Assembly (NCBI GenBank): GCA_013151185.1
Contig: JAADIU010000187.1
Span: forward strand, 2,535 to 46,670
Direction: 5' to 3'
From: Planctomycetota bacterium
Lineage (GTDB): Bacteria > Planctomycetota > Phycisphaerae > UBA1845
DNA: 44,136 nucleotides
Under the pieces are notes generated by a model. The model was not told the DNA's origin. It saw only the letters and a program-made list of their open reading frames with translations, and did not search any database. Made by a program: the position numbers and the translations under genes. Positions 27,701 through 35,301 of this stretch are shown in pieces. Positions within the stretch are counted from its first letter, which is position 1. Every line of letters starts with the position of its first letter.

Positions 27701-29733
27701 CCGCCAACAAGTCGTTGTTGGATCTGCTGGCCGCGCGCCGCGCCGAAATCTGGCACGCCTCAAAGAAGCGATCTCTCAGTGAGATGGTGTACTCAATTCT
27801 GGAGCGGTCGAAGCGCGACGGATTGGACACGACGATGGTGTTGAGCATGAGCATGTCTCTGTCAAACGTACTCTCGCAGCAACTTCAAGAAGCTCAATCA
27901 GCATCGATACAGCGGACTTATGAAGAACTCTGGACGGGTTACCAGTTACTGCACGCGGATTTGTTGGCACGGGCGAAAATGGAATCCGAACTGCAGGAAA
28001 CTTTGATAGCACAATCCTCGCTTGCGAAGGCGGAAAACCATCAGTTCGATTCCAACAACCAGCAAAACTATTACAGTAATCCGTTCGGTGGTCAGTCATA
28101 TCAGCGCCGTATGCGATCTTATGGCCAGCGAGAATCGCTAAGGACGGAGTGGAGGACAGTGCTGCGCGATGAACTCTATGGACTTCGCCAGTTTCGATCA
28201 TTGATGGGTGCGTACGATCGGCTTGAAACGGAACCCCCCGTCGTGGAATGGCCCAGGCTGGCTGAAGCCCACGCAGTTCTTGGAAATCGTGCGGAAGCAC
28301 AGAAATGGCGGCAACGAATCGCCCGCTTCAAAATGTGCGACCTTTACGCAGGTGACCGGCCACAAGGAAACGACATGCAGTCTTCATGGCGATACTCTCG
28401 TATTGTCAACGAAGAGGGAATCTCGCACCTGCGAAGCGCGCTTCGCGGAACTTCAGTTCGTTGCGATTGCTCCGATGAAGACAATGATTCTGATCGCCCG
28501 ATCATTTCGGGTGCGATCGACAGCGTTTATGAGTTCGCTCTTGTTGATCCTAAAATCGAAGGATCTTTGCTCAAGCTCAAGGATGTCGTCGGGCCGGGCT
28601 GGGAAGATTCACAGTCGCTGCGTCAGCTCTTGTTCTACCACCGCGCGAAACGTCAGTACACTGACATTGTCGAGTTGATCGAACACGTTTGCGAATTCGA
28701 TGCGCTATTGCAATCAAGTCACCTGCGGGTGTACTTGCAAGCGTGCTACGAATTGAAAGACGAGCAACGTGTCGAAAAGGTGCTCACCGAGATACTCAAG
28801 AAAGCGGCGATTCTGGAAAACGAGGTTCAACTCGCCCGACTCATGATGCTACGCCATCTCGAAAAGGACGAAGCCGCGGATGCGTTGGAGAAGTCGCTGC
28901 TGGATCGTTGTCAAACCGAGACGCCCAATCCCAGCCTGCCTGATCCTCGCATCGACGAGAGGTATTCCAGGAGCAATTCGATCACAAGTTGGTCGGGAGT
29001 GCGTCGATTCCGTCGAACGCCCCGCCGCTTTGGTCGAAACACAATGATGCCCATTCGCTCGTGGGGCTTTGCAACCAGAGCGTCACTGGGTGCCGCCGTC
29101 GGCATCCCCATTGAACGCGCATTGCGTCAAAATGATCTGACGGTCCGGAAAATCCGGAGGAGCTATGTGCGTCACAGACTCTATGCCCATGCTGCGCGTT
29201 TGATCGACCATGAAATCGCACAGGCCCCGACGCTTTCACCACAAGTGACTGCTCAACGACTCAATAACAAAGCGCGGTGGTTGTACCATGCTAACAAGAA
29301 AGATGAGGCCGCCACGGCCGCGCTGGAGGCAGAAGCGCATTGGCAGAACCAGATCAATGGTGATTCTTCGAACTCGCGTGTCTATTGGGAATTATCACAA
29401 CTCTACGCATCCAAAGCCTACGGTGAAGACTACAAAAAAGCTCTGGAGGCACTTCGAACTGCCCGAGCGCTTAATCGTACCATTGACGCTTCACGCATCA
29501 CTGAAGCGCAGTTTCTATTCGAGCTCAAGGAATTCGATGAGGCCTGGAATCTGTATCAAGTTGCACTGAATAGTGGCAAGATGCCACTGAGCGACAGTAT
29601 ACTATATCAAGCGGGATTGGCCGCCGTTCGTACGGAACAATCCGACGAAGGGAAGAGCTTGCTTCGACTTGCACTATGGCGTGCGCCATTCAACAAACTG
29701 GCTCCGGACGCTAGAGAGATGATCCATGAATAG
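18778..29733 (+). CDS. Giant (3651-aa) secreted tetratricopeptide-repeat protein
   Basis: Uninterrupted 10.96-kb ORF with AAAAGGAG 8 nt upstream of the ATG. Signal peptide MFVRFTTRGILAAIATLSVNITPLHA/AP. TPR-type periodicity (A..Y..al.l.P.., W..LA..Y) runs along the whole length. Low-complexity N/Q/Y/G-rich islands also occur (NYNYSGMNNYGWYGN; NNQQNYYSNPFGGQSYQ). Confidence 0.9.
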   Translation: MFVRFTTRGILAAIATLSVNITPLHAAPDDPAPEKPVTSSADSVDKASPDSESTESKSPKPQRTDSDPESQLWAEEAIGRYEQLLERRPFHKSAFTGLVRSYVEKGEIADLVKRYEDIVAAMPDSTASKIVLSRLYLRAGQAEKAADLLAQIEALPKTLARDKSKWSSYRAEVFQRVGKLELAKQVLVDGFTEARTTADRMRFAEALADLHVRNGEKDRAAEVLTKLADQFSDQYLHRKRIANALAHRNLHDAAIAQYRSILKLPSLQTDERCESLRDLGRALESVDRNNDAISVYTEALGLLSASHWLQEELHARIVHLYRASGRMDELVTYCRQQIERSPEQIASRTMLADVFAALGKMDEAKQTLVDAIRLFPKDRSLSRELIQLLERTNNESEVAAEYERVITQHADDVELYIEYGQFLAAHKQLDAARSQWKHVLRTKVADTGLAQRLGNLFEAYEQYDDAVECYQRAIELNPRRPEGYTALAQLYFVQDNREEAVKTLKRMTDANALDSAMQYAACQAYLGLGFNDEALAAIERATQLLPENSDYALVHSNLLVRSGRLDDALAVRHAALDKMQNAVQRSRELNVIVSMYASAGMLEKLRRSEEQALQSDPESANSLMLLARAADFERNFVDAKKWLDRLIEVDPSHEEARRQLAKLQEALGDIDAATEQYQRLIELYPNRARICYQAIADIKLRYNDRAGAIKTFEQMVQRSSDNATVLKDVAEQLVRLGEFDKGIANYELSLKLQPDRHDIRLEYAKALVEAGRLEDGLKMFKAAALQRSDRETALEALTLLHETAQRIGSLPEMIDELQAQLDIDPTDTLIARTLATIFINEFEYQRAMELLDLVLRYRPRDAELQLTRAELLRRLARFDDAIESYRKILQVPEIDRDYVLGELGKTHFEAGQLDEARRNWRRVGHKLYASSLLRNNGLLEDAIDVLEEGIRVKPDDFGLHRSLVRTLQEAGQTDNALEAARRLLDLEPDNVMNIRRLATAYVDRGKRDDAAEVASRLFSAGVAEKNKNRSTNKRSMMGASVMAASMYSAWGSAAFGRGMRRNNLDSAIGFFQENGLVAELEDILNQQLAAQPDNAMLREVSVELFAQPFGKPAVALKLLHELEDATFPLEHQKWLGQCSQRDYYRVKQYQLIARLPALRDSRLATLDSKDATNLNRDEIIEFAVIRNAQGKRDKAIDMLQRAVDADAKDIVALTALVDMLVLAEQFADAEPYVQKAVAILDEQREKQRAEMIQRVRRDFVRTLPMHLQLRVTEDLLIEIANKWTLGQNFYGAYMGGIQTMGYNRAQLTLATVYAKTNRMDKARAIWSLLAPKHPADVDGWTSLAGVAQLHDQQDLAFEYYSNALAAAKELVGDQLLQRIYGNTLGRSWYGSEDAIDSTFNKIVEAFAAHDRLIDLYDFLRETDQVAKARRIAQKYELYDELKALYATRLDAARTVFSRASNDPLNESVALFSQACKLAELHDVTGDWGQAQRIYEAYLEDFPDELGLLITLGEVAERVNDYELAIKWEKQVVAAKERLLRQARAWTMRNLALTPAMPQIIEGVGGSKWTWMSRWGRNRWWGYGQQRELDIAPSWMRIAQLYIAVDNPIAAGDAMERAIAAAPHDRERLGKQVLALIRQRRLVPKMLSVLRGLAVHMPTNEQVQIAFAESLEANDRPGVAVEVYRRLLRRGVSDVGTLGKVKQKLAALAPDSERVATTTIADLEAAVAADPKNSTSRLRLARAFYYALRIDDAHRVLSDLLETAPHLEGVHDLLIEIYTLQGDSERLIEALRTKIERVTNARKRTKTRERLVKELLRKGDVEETLIALKESVDPKNPQSYERVAFLLYYFGHHEDAVEQYEIATRSQAKGRWQGDRGGQMLARVLALKGDMEAAADKVLESVDQQMRQNVQQGGMFAMYSMFNNDQNAFQAFVPLFVIHPAITKAIQEKLEARRTADPDDALATKILIQYCQSTGLTDRANQLIEESIQKGTMDQKLVSSLIDRAISKRDFDKAIELAKEFISQQTKPQLPPGMPAQFAGMMSVMSPRTLMLCKLGDIYWKSNRPDEAFETYGQIVDENVDESRIAYATICLLRGRVDEARSIIEAALADKEVKPPSLLQFSVILAAIDNQPTKAFDVLTEIVENGEGAQSNPFAFGDSGSKVNLLASFATATDQIDRFVEFMLKKRIKKNPNNWTDYKVLVETLLGAGQRSKALEILEKAAENKALRTDALKQRAQLLEGYASPGELIPVYREWLELAENKVQSASVLGQFFGNRRSQGATQTQKQRNRLGDLLWQSGEPEAAEEVWAERLDLNTANGHVRLGQQFLAHHAYEKAANAFRKAAKLEPDNLEAHQAIAKLATERAQSGEAAHHLTQVFLKRYQPSPAAEDADDADPFSMSWSISQRNQQRRGADSQMRSWAYILSAKGTPNDETSDASDADQRLMIATLTGEWPTVEAELKKRLEEAPYDPMVWTLWAIIHERKGDWATAVEARERVRSLAETTIAQHREQLELVLAGKQIKDASAGTREEDANATNAQNRSFRNYNYSGMNNYGWYGNTARSETQRLAALYVELEQYQKAEQLYLLDRRSGGQNALPSIAALMWRQGAQKRAIELMRIGITLGGNTRQMGQYATMLSESGELDAAIALLQRAFQFVPQSNTRMAMYYGGFGSPQVGAQAFESGEEKRFSKPLYQMLQQSNRLDAVIDDLVRQRTDRPNDLRVAKLVVSLQLQDRRWNDARQSLAIWRTSQPQDMSALWQEMQVLAELDDWPAALANVNAMEELAPERSDQWSIVKAFIMLMQQDRAGAVKAVSPLLEESHDTNPGQVQQLCAILACAREHERLRTYLSRLYARDLLAAETIHLLIRVEQIVGHHDRSIQIALDQVWLDPDPLKPASPWMSSLASAESDSRSQASKEPTKQQSSASRALMTTIHEGPAAGATAFKKILEKESDNINALRGLVFASEQAGDLAGSITANKSLLDLLAARRAEIWHASKKRSLSEMVYSILERSKRDGLDTTMVLSMSMSLSNVLSQQLQEAQSASIQRTYEELWTGYQLLHADLLARAKMESELQETLIAQSSLAKAENHQFDSNNQQNYYSNPFGGQSYQRRMRSYGQRESLRTEWRTVLRDELYGLRQFRSLMGAYDRLETEPPVVEWPRLAEAHAVLGNRAEAQKWRQRIARFKMCDLYAGDRPQGNDMQSSWRYSRIVNEEGISHLRSALRGTSVRCDCSDEDNDSDRPIISGAIDSVYEFALVDPKIEGSLLKLKDVVGPGWEDSQSLRQLLFYHRAKRQYTDIVELIEHVCEFDALLQSSHLRVYLQACYELKDEQRVEKVLTEILKKAAILENEVQLARLMMLRHLEKDEAADALEKSLLDRCQTETPNPSLPDPRIDERYSRSNSITSWSGVRRFRRTPRRFGRNTMMPIRSWGFATRASLGAAVGIPIERALRQNDLTVRKIRRSYVRHRLYAHAARLIDHEIAQAPTLSPQVTAQRLNNKARWLYHANKKDEAATAALEAEAHWQNQINGDSSNSRVYWELSQLYASKAYGEDYKKALEALRTARALNRTIDASRITEAQFLFELKEFDEAWNLYQVALNSGKMPLSDSILYQAGLAAVRTEQSDEGKSLLRLALWRAPFNKLAPDAREMIHE

Positions 29734-31348
29734 GAATCAAAAAACCACCGCCGCAGAATTGATGGCCAACTCAAGCGATCAGTCCGTGTCGCCCACCCTT
29801 GAAAAGTTGCGCCGCCGTCAACGAATGCGCAATACAATCTGCTTTGCCGTTCGTGGAACGTTTTACGGAGCAATGGCTGCGACCCTTGCATCGCTCGGAC
29901 TGATCCTCGCCCAACCGGACGCCTTGAGTAAACTGGTCTGGTTTTGCACGGTGGGAATTCCTGTCGGCGGGTTGCTCGGCGGGCTGTTTGGTCTGACGTG
30001 CCGCGTCAATGATCTTCATGTGGCACGGGCGTTGGATCGGGCCGCCAATGGCGAAGATCGCTTTGCCAGCGCAGTTCAGTTGCTTGATCACCCGCACAAA
30101 TCGCGGGCTCGATTGGTTCTCGAGGATGCACTGCTCCGAACGAGCGGGACTCAAGCCACAAGCGCGATTCCGATCAAGGCGCCGGCTGAGCTCAAATGGA
30201 TCTCGCTTCCGGTTGCCCTGCTGGCGTGCATCATTCTCCTTGTTCCCAATAGCAATCTGGCGGCTGACGAACCTGCCCCGCCTGACGTTTCGAGCGAGGA
30301 GTGGGTTCAAGTCAACGAGGAATTGCGGCAAGAATTGGCCGAGTTTCCGGCACCCGAGACACCCGAAGAAAAGAAGATGCTCGAGCAATTGAAACGATTG
30401 GCGGAACAGTTGGAGAAAAACCCGAGCAAGAAAGAAGCGCTGATGCAGATCGCCCAACTGCGAGCCAAGTTGCAAAACCACTCCGAAAGCAGCGGTGCCG
30501 ATGGCATGCCCATGAAACAGGCAGCCCAGGCGATGAAACCGGCAGAAGCCCTCGCCAAACTGTCGGCTTTGTTGAAACGTGGCCAGTATAAACAGGCTGC
30601 CAACGAACTCGCCTCGCTCGCCGATCGCCTGATGCAAGACAACCAACGGCTGTCCGCTTCCGACTTTGAAGCCATTTCGGCGGATTTCGATGCGATGGCC
30701 GCAGCATTGGCGAGCCAGCAGTCGTTGGCCAAGAGCTGTCGCCAATGCGCAAATGCTGCATCGTCGATGAATCGTCAGTCACTGGCCGACGCGCTCAAGC
30801 GTCTTTCCAAGAATCTTCGCCAGGATGCCTCAAAGCTTCGTCGATGTGACAACGTGTGTCGCAGCAAGAGCCTGCTCAACCGCTTGTCGCAGCGCTTGCG
30901 CAAGTGCAACGGAAACAAGTGTAAAAAATGCTCGAACCGCAAGTCAGAAAAGTGCAAGTCGGGCAAGTGCAACGGTTCAGGTACTGCGTTTGTACGTCAG
31001 TCCAACAAAAAGGGCGGATTGCGTGCGGGTTGGGGAACTTCCAACAAGTGGGACGGCGGCGGACTCTTTGAGGCGACCGAAAACCGTGTTGCCGATACCG
31101 TTTCAGCCGAAGAACGCAATGGCGAAGACAGTTTGATCCAAACGGTTTCGCCCGATGAGCGGGCGAGCAGCGCTCAAAGTGACCGCGACCGTTACATCGA
31201 TCTCATCCGAAAAGCCGAGGCGGATCTGGAGTTGGAGACCGTTCCGCTTGCCTATCGTGACTATCTCCGCGGTTACTTCATGGCGATCAAGCCCACCGAT
31301 GGAAGTTCGGGACAACCCCCCGACTCCCGTCAGCCTGTCGCGCCCTAA
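29726..31348 (+). CDS. Membrane protein with a coiled-coil region and a Cys/Lys-rich cluster (DUF4175-like C-terminus)
   Basis: 540 aa. The ATG overlaps the TPR gene end by 8 nt. Hydrophobic segments are at aa ~45-90 and ~157-173. A helical A/E/K/Q-rich middle follows. The Cys cluster is CRQC..CDNVC..KCNGNKCKKCSNRKSEKCKSGKC (aa 338-415). The C-terminal VPLAYRDYLRGYF is reminiscent of DUF4175 proteins in Bat-like clusters. Confidence 0.78.
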   Translation: MNRNQKTTAAELMANSSDQSVSPTLEKLRRRQRMRNTICFAVRGTFYGAMAATLASLGLILAQPDALSKLVWFCTVGIPVGGLLGGLFGLTCRVNDLHVARALDRAANGEDRFASAVQLLDHPHKSRARLVLEDALLRTSGTQATSAIPIKAPAELKWISLPVALLACIILLVPNSNLAADEPAPPDVSSEEWVQVNEELRQELAEFPAPETPEEKKMLEQLKRLAEQLEKNPSKKEALMQIAQLRAKLQNHSESSGADGMPMKQAAQAMKPAEALAKLSALLKRGQYKQAANELASLADRLMQDNQRLSASDFEAISADFDAMAAALASQQSLAKSCRQCANAASSMNRQSLADALKRLSKNLRQDASKLRRCDNVCRSKSLLNRLSQRLRKCNGNKCKKCSNRKSEKCKSGKCNGSGTAFVRQSNKKGGLRAGWGTSNKWDGGGLFEATENRVADTVSAEERNGEDSLIQTVSPDERASSAQSDRDRYIDLIRKAEADLELETVPLAYRDYLRGYFMAIKPTDGSSGQPPDSRQPVAP

Positions 31349-31467
31349 GCAACCTTTATGCGTTGATCGGGCCGGCAGACCGTTCAAAGAAGTGGTAAGT
31401 TTCCCCAGTTCGCACCAGTGAATCCCCCTTGCGATGCAACCGCCGTCGACACAATGAAGGAGCATGA

Positions 31468-32469
31468 ATGTCCGCAGAAATCAATCGCGCCGAGCTGACT
31501 GCATTCCAGGAAGGGTTCGCGCGGCTGCGCAGCGAAATCGGCAAAACGATCGTCGGTTATCATGACGTCGTCAATCAAGTGCTGACGGCCATGTTTGCAG
31601 GGGGGCATGTCTTGCTGGAAGGTGTTCCCGGTTTGGGAAAAACCTTGTTGGTGCGTACGATCAGCCAGGCGACGCACCTTAGCTTTAAGCGCATTCAGTT
31701 TACCCCGGATCTCATGCCGGCAGACATCACGGGAACAAACGTCTTTTATGAAGAAGAGGGCGGTGCCCGAACATTTCGATTCCAACCAGGTCCGATCTTC
31801 GCGCACCTTGTTCTGGCTGACGAAATCAACCGCGCCACACCCAAGACGCAATCGGCAATTCTTGAAGCGATGCAGGAGCAGAGCGTCACCGCCGGTGGCA
31901 AGACCCATGCCCTGCCCGCGCCGTTCTGGGTGCTTGCCACACAGAACCCCATCGAAATGGAAGGCACATACCCGTTGCCCGAGGCGCAAATCGATCGATT
32001 CATGTTCAAGGTGGACGTGCATCCGCAAGGCGAGGAAGAGCTATTGGGCATCATTGATCGTACGACCGGCGACGACGAAATTGCGATCGAACCGGTCATC
32101 GGGAGTGAGGAAATTCTGCACATGCAGAACACCGTACGGCAGACCCTCGTCGCGAAATTCGTCCAGCGATACGCCGCTCGACTGGTGTTGGGTACCCACC
32201 CGGGACACTCCGTCGCGATCGACTCGACAAAACAGTTCGTCCGGTTCGGCGTCAGTCCGCGTGGGCTGCAATCGTTGATCCTAGCCGCCAAAGTGCGCGC
32301 GTTGCTTGCCAATCGCTTTAACGTCAGTTGCCAGGACATCCGCGACGTTGCCCATCCGGCACTGCGTCATCGCATCATTCGCAATTTTGAAGCAGAAGCA
32401 GAAGGTGTATCGACCGACACCATCGTGGATGGCCTGCTCGAACGCATCACCGAACCTGCCGCGGCATGA
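31468..32469 (+). CDS. MoxR-family AAA+ ATPase
   Basis: 333 aa with GAAGGAG upstream. Walker A is GVPGLGKT and Walker B is LLADEINRA. PKTQSAILEAMQE and NPIEMEGTYPLPEAQIDRF are MoxR hallmarks. Confidence 0.95.
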   Translation: MSAEINRAELTAFQEGFARLRSEIGKTIVGYHDVVNQVLTAMFAGGHVLLEGVPGLGKTLLVRTISQATHLSFKRIQFTPDLMPADITGTNVFYEEEGGARTFRFQPGPIFAHLVLADEINRATPKTQSAILEAMQEQSVTAGGKTHALPAPFWVLATQNPIEMEGTYPLPEAQIDRFMFKVDVHPQGEEELLGIIDRTTGDDEIAIEPVIGSEEILHMQNTVRQTLVAKFVQRYAARLVLGTHPGHSVAIDSTKQFVRFGVSPRGLQSLILAAKVRALLANRFNVSCQDIRDVAHPALRHRIIRNFEAEAEGVSTDTIVDGLLERITEPAAA

Positions 32470-32530
32470 CACGGGACCGAGATTCCGCCGCAAGGTTTGT
32501 GTCGCGGTCCGTAACGCCCAACCCCAATGA

Positions 32531-33415
32531 GTGCCCATGGCTGAACTATTTGACAAACAATACCTGAAGAAACTCGAATACCTCGAACTGATTGCCCGTC
32601 GGATGGTGTTTGGTCAGCAGCAGGCGCTGCGCCCAAGCCTGAGGAAAGGAGCCAGTATCGAGTTTAAAGACTATCGCGAGTACTCACCGGGTGACGATCC
32701 CCGTGCTGTCGATTGGTCGGTTTATGCACGCCTGGGAGAGATGGTCGTCAAGCTGTATCGGCAGGAGCAAGAGCTCGATCTTTGGGTGTTGCTCGACTCA
32801 AGTGCTTCAATGGCATTCGGCGAGCCGAGCAAGTTTGACCACGCTCGCAAGATTGCCGCAGCGCTCGCGTACATTGGAATGGCCAACATGGACTCCGCGT
32901 CGGTACTTCCCTTCGCACACGAACTTCTAGAAGGACGTGATCACCTGCGAGGACGCAGCCGCGTGTTCCACCTGCTCGACTACCTGCGTGAACTTAAGGG
33001 AACGGGTCAAACCGATCTGATCGCCACCACGCGCAAATTCGTATCCCGCGTTCGCAGGCCCGGTATGGTCGTGATCATCTCGGATTTCTATGGCCTGGAG
33101 TTGGCGCAGCGCGCTCTGGATCAATTGCGTTTCTTCAGACACGAGATTTACGTCATCCAAGTGGCGACTCCCTGGGAACTCGATCCACCCATTCGAGGCG
33201 AATTGCGATTGGTCGATCTCGAAACCAGTGGGCATGAAGATCTCACCATCACCGATTCAATGTTGCGCCGCTATCGACAAGCTTTTGAAAAGTTCTCAGC
33301 CGACCTTAAGCGATATGCCATGCGATACTCCATCGGATACGCGCGCGCTGAGACCAACGTGCCGTTTGACACCTTCCTGGTTGACGTGTTGCAGCGCGGA
33401 GGTCTGGTGGCATGA
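32531..33415 (+). CDS. DUF58 protein (MoxR partner, VWA-like fold)
   Basis: 294 aa, from GTG 32531 or ATG 32537. Typical motifs are FKDYREYSPGDDPRAVDWSVYARLGEMVVKLY and LLDSSASM. The stop overlaps the next start (ATGA). Confidence 0.9.
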   Translation: MPMAELFDKQYLKKLEYLELIARRMVFGQQQALRPSLRKGASIEFKDYREYSPGDDPRAVDWSVYARLGEMVVKLYRQEQELDLWVLLDSSASMAFGEPSKFDHARKIAAALAYIGMANMDSASVLPFAHELLEGRDHLRGRSRVFHLLDYLRELKGTGQTDLIATTRKFVSRVRRPGMVVIISDFYGLELAQRALDQLRFFRHEIYVIQVATPWELDPPIRGELRLVDLETSGHEDLTITDSMLRRYRQAFEKFSADLKRYAMRYSIGYARAETNVPFDTFLVDVLQRGGLVA

Positions 33416-35298
33416 GCCTGCTCGCCCCTTGGGCATTGTGGTTTGGATTTGTAGCCCCACTGATTGTGGGCTTGTACCTGCTCAAGATTCGCCGACAGCA
33501 GGAGCTGGTACCCGCGCTGGAGTTCTGGATGCGGTTGGCTGGCCCCGCTCCCGTGCGGTCGCTGTTTCAACGCTTGAAGCGATGGCTGTCACTCTTGCTG
33601 TGGCTTGCGATTGTTGCTTGTCTCTTGCTGGCCCTTGGGAATCCCGTCATCACGGCTGGTTCCATCAAGCCGCAATCAATCGCCATCATTCTCGACAATT
33701 CTGCCAGCATGCAGACCCAAGAAACCGACCACGGTGATCAGACACGTTTTGAGTTGGCCCGAAAGGAGATCGAGCGTATCACGAAGTTCCGCCCCGTGCG
33801 CGATGAGTGGTTGCTCATCAACGCGGCAAGACGACCGCAGGTGATGCAGCCGTGGACGCGAGACCGCAATGCGATTCGAGAAGCGCTTCAAGACGTTGCG
33901 CCACATCGAGGATCGTCGGATCTAAGATCGGCAGCGGCGCTGGCCAATCAGCTCCTGTCGGGGAAAGTCGATCCACTGATTGTCGTGATTTCGGATGGAG
34001 CCCATGGCGCTGTCGAGTCATTGGTTCAGGACAGCCAGAACGTTGCGTTCGTACGCGTCGGTAATACACAGGACAACCTGGGAATCACCGACATCAGGGT
34101 GCGGATGCATCCGCAGATGACAGCTCACCATGTCTACCTCTCTGTCAGCAATTCATCCGATCAGGACATCGAGTCGCAGGTGACGTTTGAATTGGATCGG
34201 AACGTTGTAGAAGTCCGCCCATTTTCTGCAAAGGCCCGCAGCGAGTGGAGGCACACGCTGACACTTCAAGCCCCAGAGGGGGGAGTGCTGAGCGCCCGCA
34301 TCGAAAGACCCGACGCGCTGGCAATCGACAACCAAGCGTTTGCCGTGCTCGAACCGGTGCGGGCGGCACACATCTTGTTGGTCAGCCCAGAAGAACAGGC
34401 ATACTTTTTTGAACAATCGCTCTTGGCAATGGGTCCGCTCGTCGATCAAGCGCGAAGCCGAACGGTCTCGCTTGAAGAATATGAATTGTTGGCTGACGCT
34501 GAGCGGTCAGCCGATTTGGTCATATTCAACGGGGTCAAGCCAACCGTCTTGCCCGCACTCGGCGCATTCCTGTTTGTCAACAGTTGGACCAGCGATGTCC
34601 CTGCGAGCACAATTGGCGAACTCACAATGCCCTCGCTCTCGATCGCAAAGCGCGACCATCCACTGACGCAATACCTGAATCTCGGTGGAGTGACCATCGC
34701 AAGAGCGCATGAAGTTGATCTGAGGGAACCGGCTGTCGTGCTCGCTTCGTCGCAGAACGGTTCACCGATGATCTTTCTGTTTAGCCGGCCCGACCAGCAA
34801 TTCCTCTGTCTGGCGTTTGACGTTTTGGATTCGGATCTTCCGTTTCGAAATGCGTTTCCGATTCTCCTCCGCAATGCCGTTGCCTACTTCATGACGCAGG
34901 GGCACGCCTGGGTGAAGGACCAATACACGATTGGCGACACGATTCGTTCGTTGCGCCCGCTGCCGAGCAACATTTCGTCGATCAAGTTTGCGCGGATGGG
35001 TGGCGAGTCGATATCGGAGGAATCGGCACTTGTCGAGCAGAACGAATTCGCGGTGGATGCCACATCAGAAGTTGGCGTCTTGCGATTCGCCCTCAACGAC
35101 GAATTCGCCTACGCCGCAGTCAATCTCGCCAGCTATGACGAAACCATGATCGCGGTGAGCGAACAGAAACTCGGAGAGTCTCATTTGTCACTGTCAACCG
35201 GACTGGGGGGGATGACCCCCTGGCTGGCGCTTTCCGCCATCGCCACGCTACTGATTGCCGGCGAATGGCTCACTTATCATTTTCGCTGGACGGAGTAA
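33412..35298 (+). CDS. BatA-N-terminal-domain / VWA membrane protein
   Basis: 628 aa. The aerotolerance-regulator-type N-terminus is MSLLAPWALWFGFVAPLIVGLYLLKIRRQ. The MIDAS motif is IILDNSASM. A C-terminal TM segment is present. Confidence 0.87.
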   Translation: MSLLAPWALWFGFVAPLIVGLYLLKIRRQQELVPALEFWMRLAGPAPVRSLFQRLKRWLSLLLWLAIVACLLLALGNPVITAGSIKPQSIAIILDNSASMQTQETDHGDQTRFELARKEIERITKFRPVRDEWLLINAARRPQVMQPWTRDRNAIREALQDVAPHRGSSDLRSAAALANQLLSGKVDPLIVVISDGAHGAVESLVQDSQNVAFVRVGNTQDNLGITDIRVRMHPQMTAHHVYLSVSNSSDQDIESQVTFELDRNVVEVRPFSAKARSEWRHTLTLQAPEGGVLSARIERPDALAIDNQAFAVLEPVRAAHILLVSPEEQAYFFEQSLLAMGPLVDQARSRTVSLEEYELLADAERSADLVIFNGVKPTVLPALGAFLFVNSWTSDVPASTIGELTMPSLSIAKRDHPLTQYLNLGGVTIARAHEVDLREPAVVLASSQNGSPMIFLFSRPDQQFLCLAFDVLDSDLPFRNAFPILLRNAVAYFMTQGHAWVKDQYTIGDTIRSLRPLPSNISSIKFARMGGESISEESALVEQNEFAVDATSEVGVLRFALNDEFAYAAVNLASYDETMIAVSEQKLGESHLSLSTGLGGMTPWLALSAIATLLIAGEWLTYHFRWTE

Positions 35299-35301
35299 TC
35301 A

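Noticed and set aside
19159-28300. Multiple 100-230-aa ORFs on both strands inside the giant TPR gene (for example 20569..21180, 23086..23742, 25654..26334, 26686..27264)
   Set aside because: The 10.96-kb plus-strand frame is continuous and TPR-like throughout. A stop-free ORF this long is not expected by chance, so the embedded ORFs are treated as shadows.
29771-30745. 324-aa minus-strand ORF, and the ORFs at 31384..32028 (minus strand) and 31595..32278 (plus strand)
   Set aside because: They are antisense or off-frame to the membrane coiled-coil gene and to the unmistakable MoxR ATPase.
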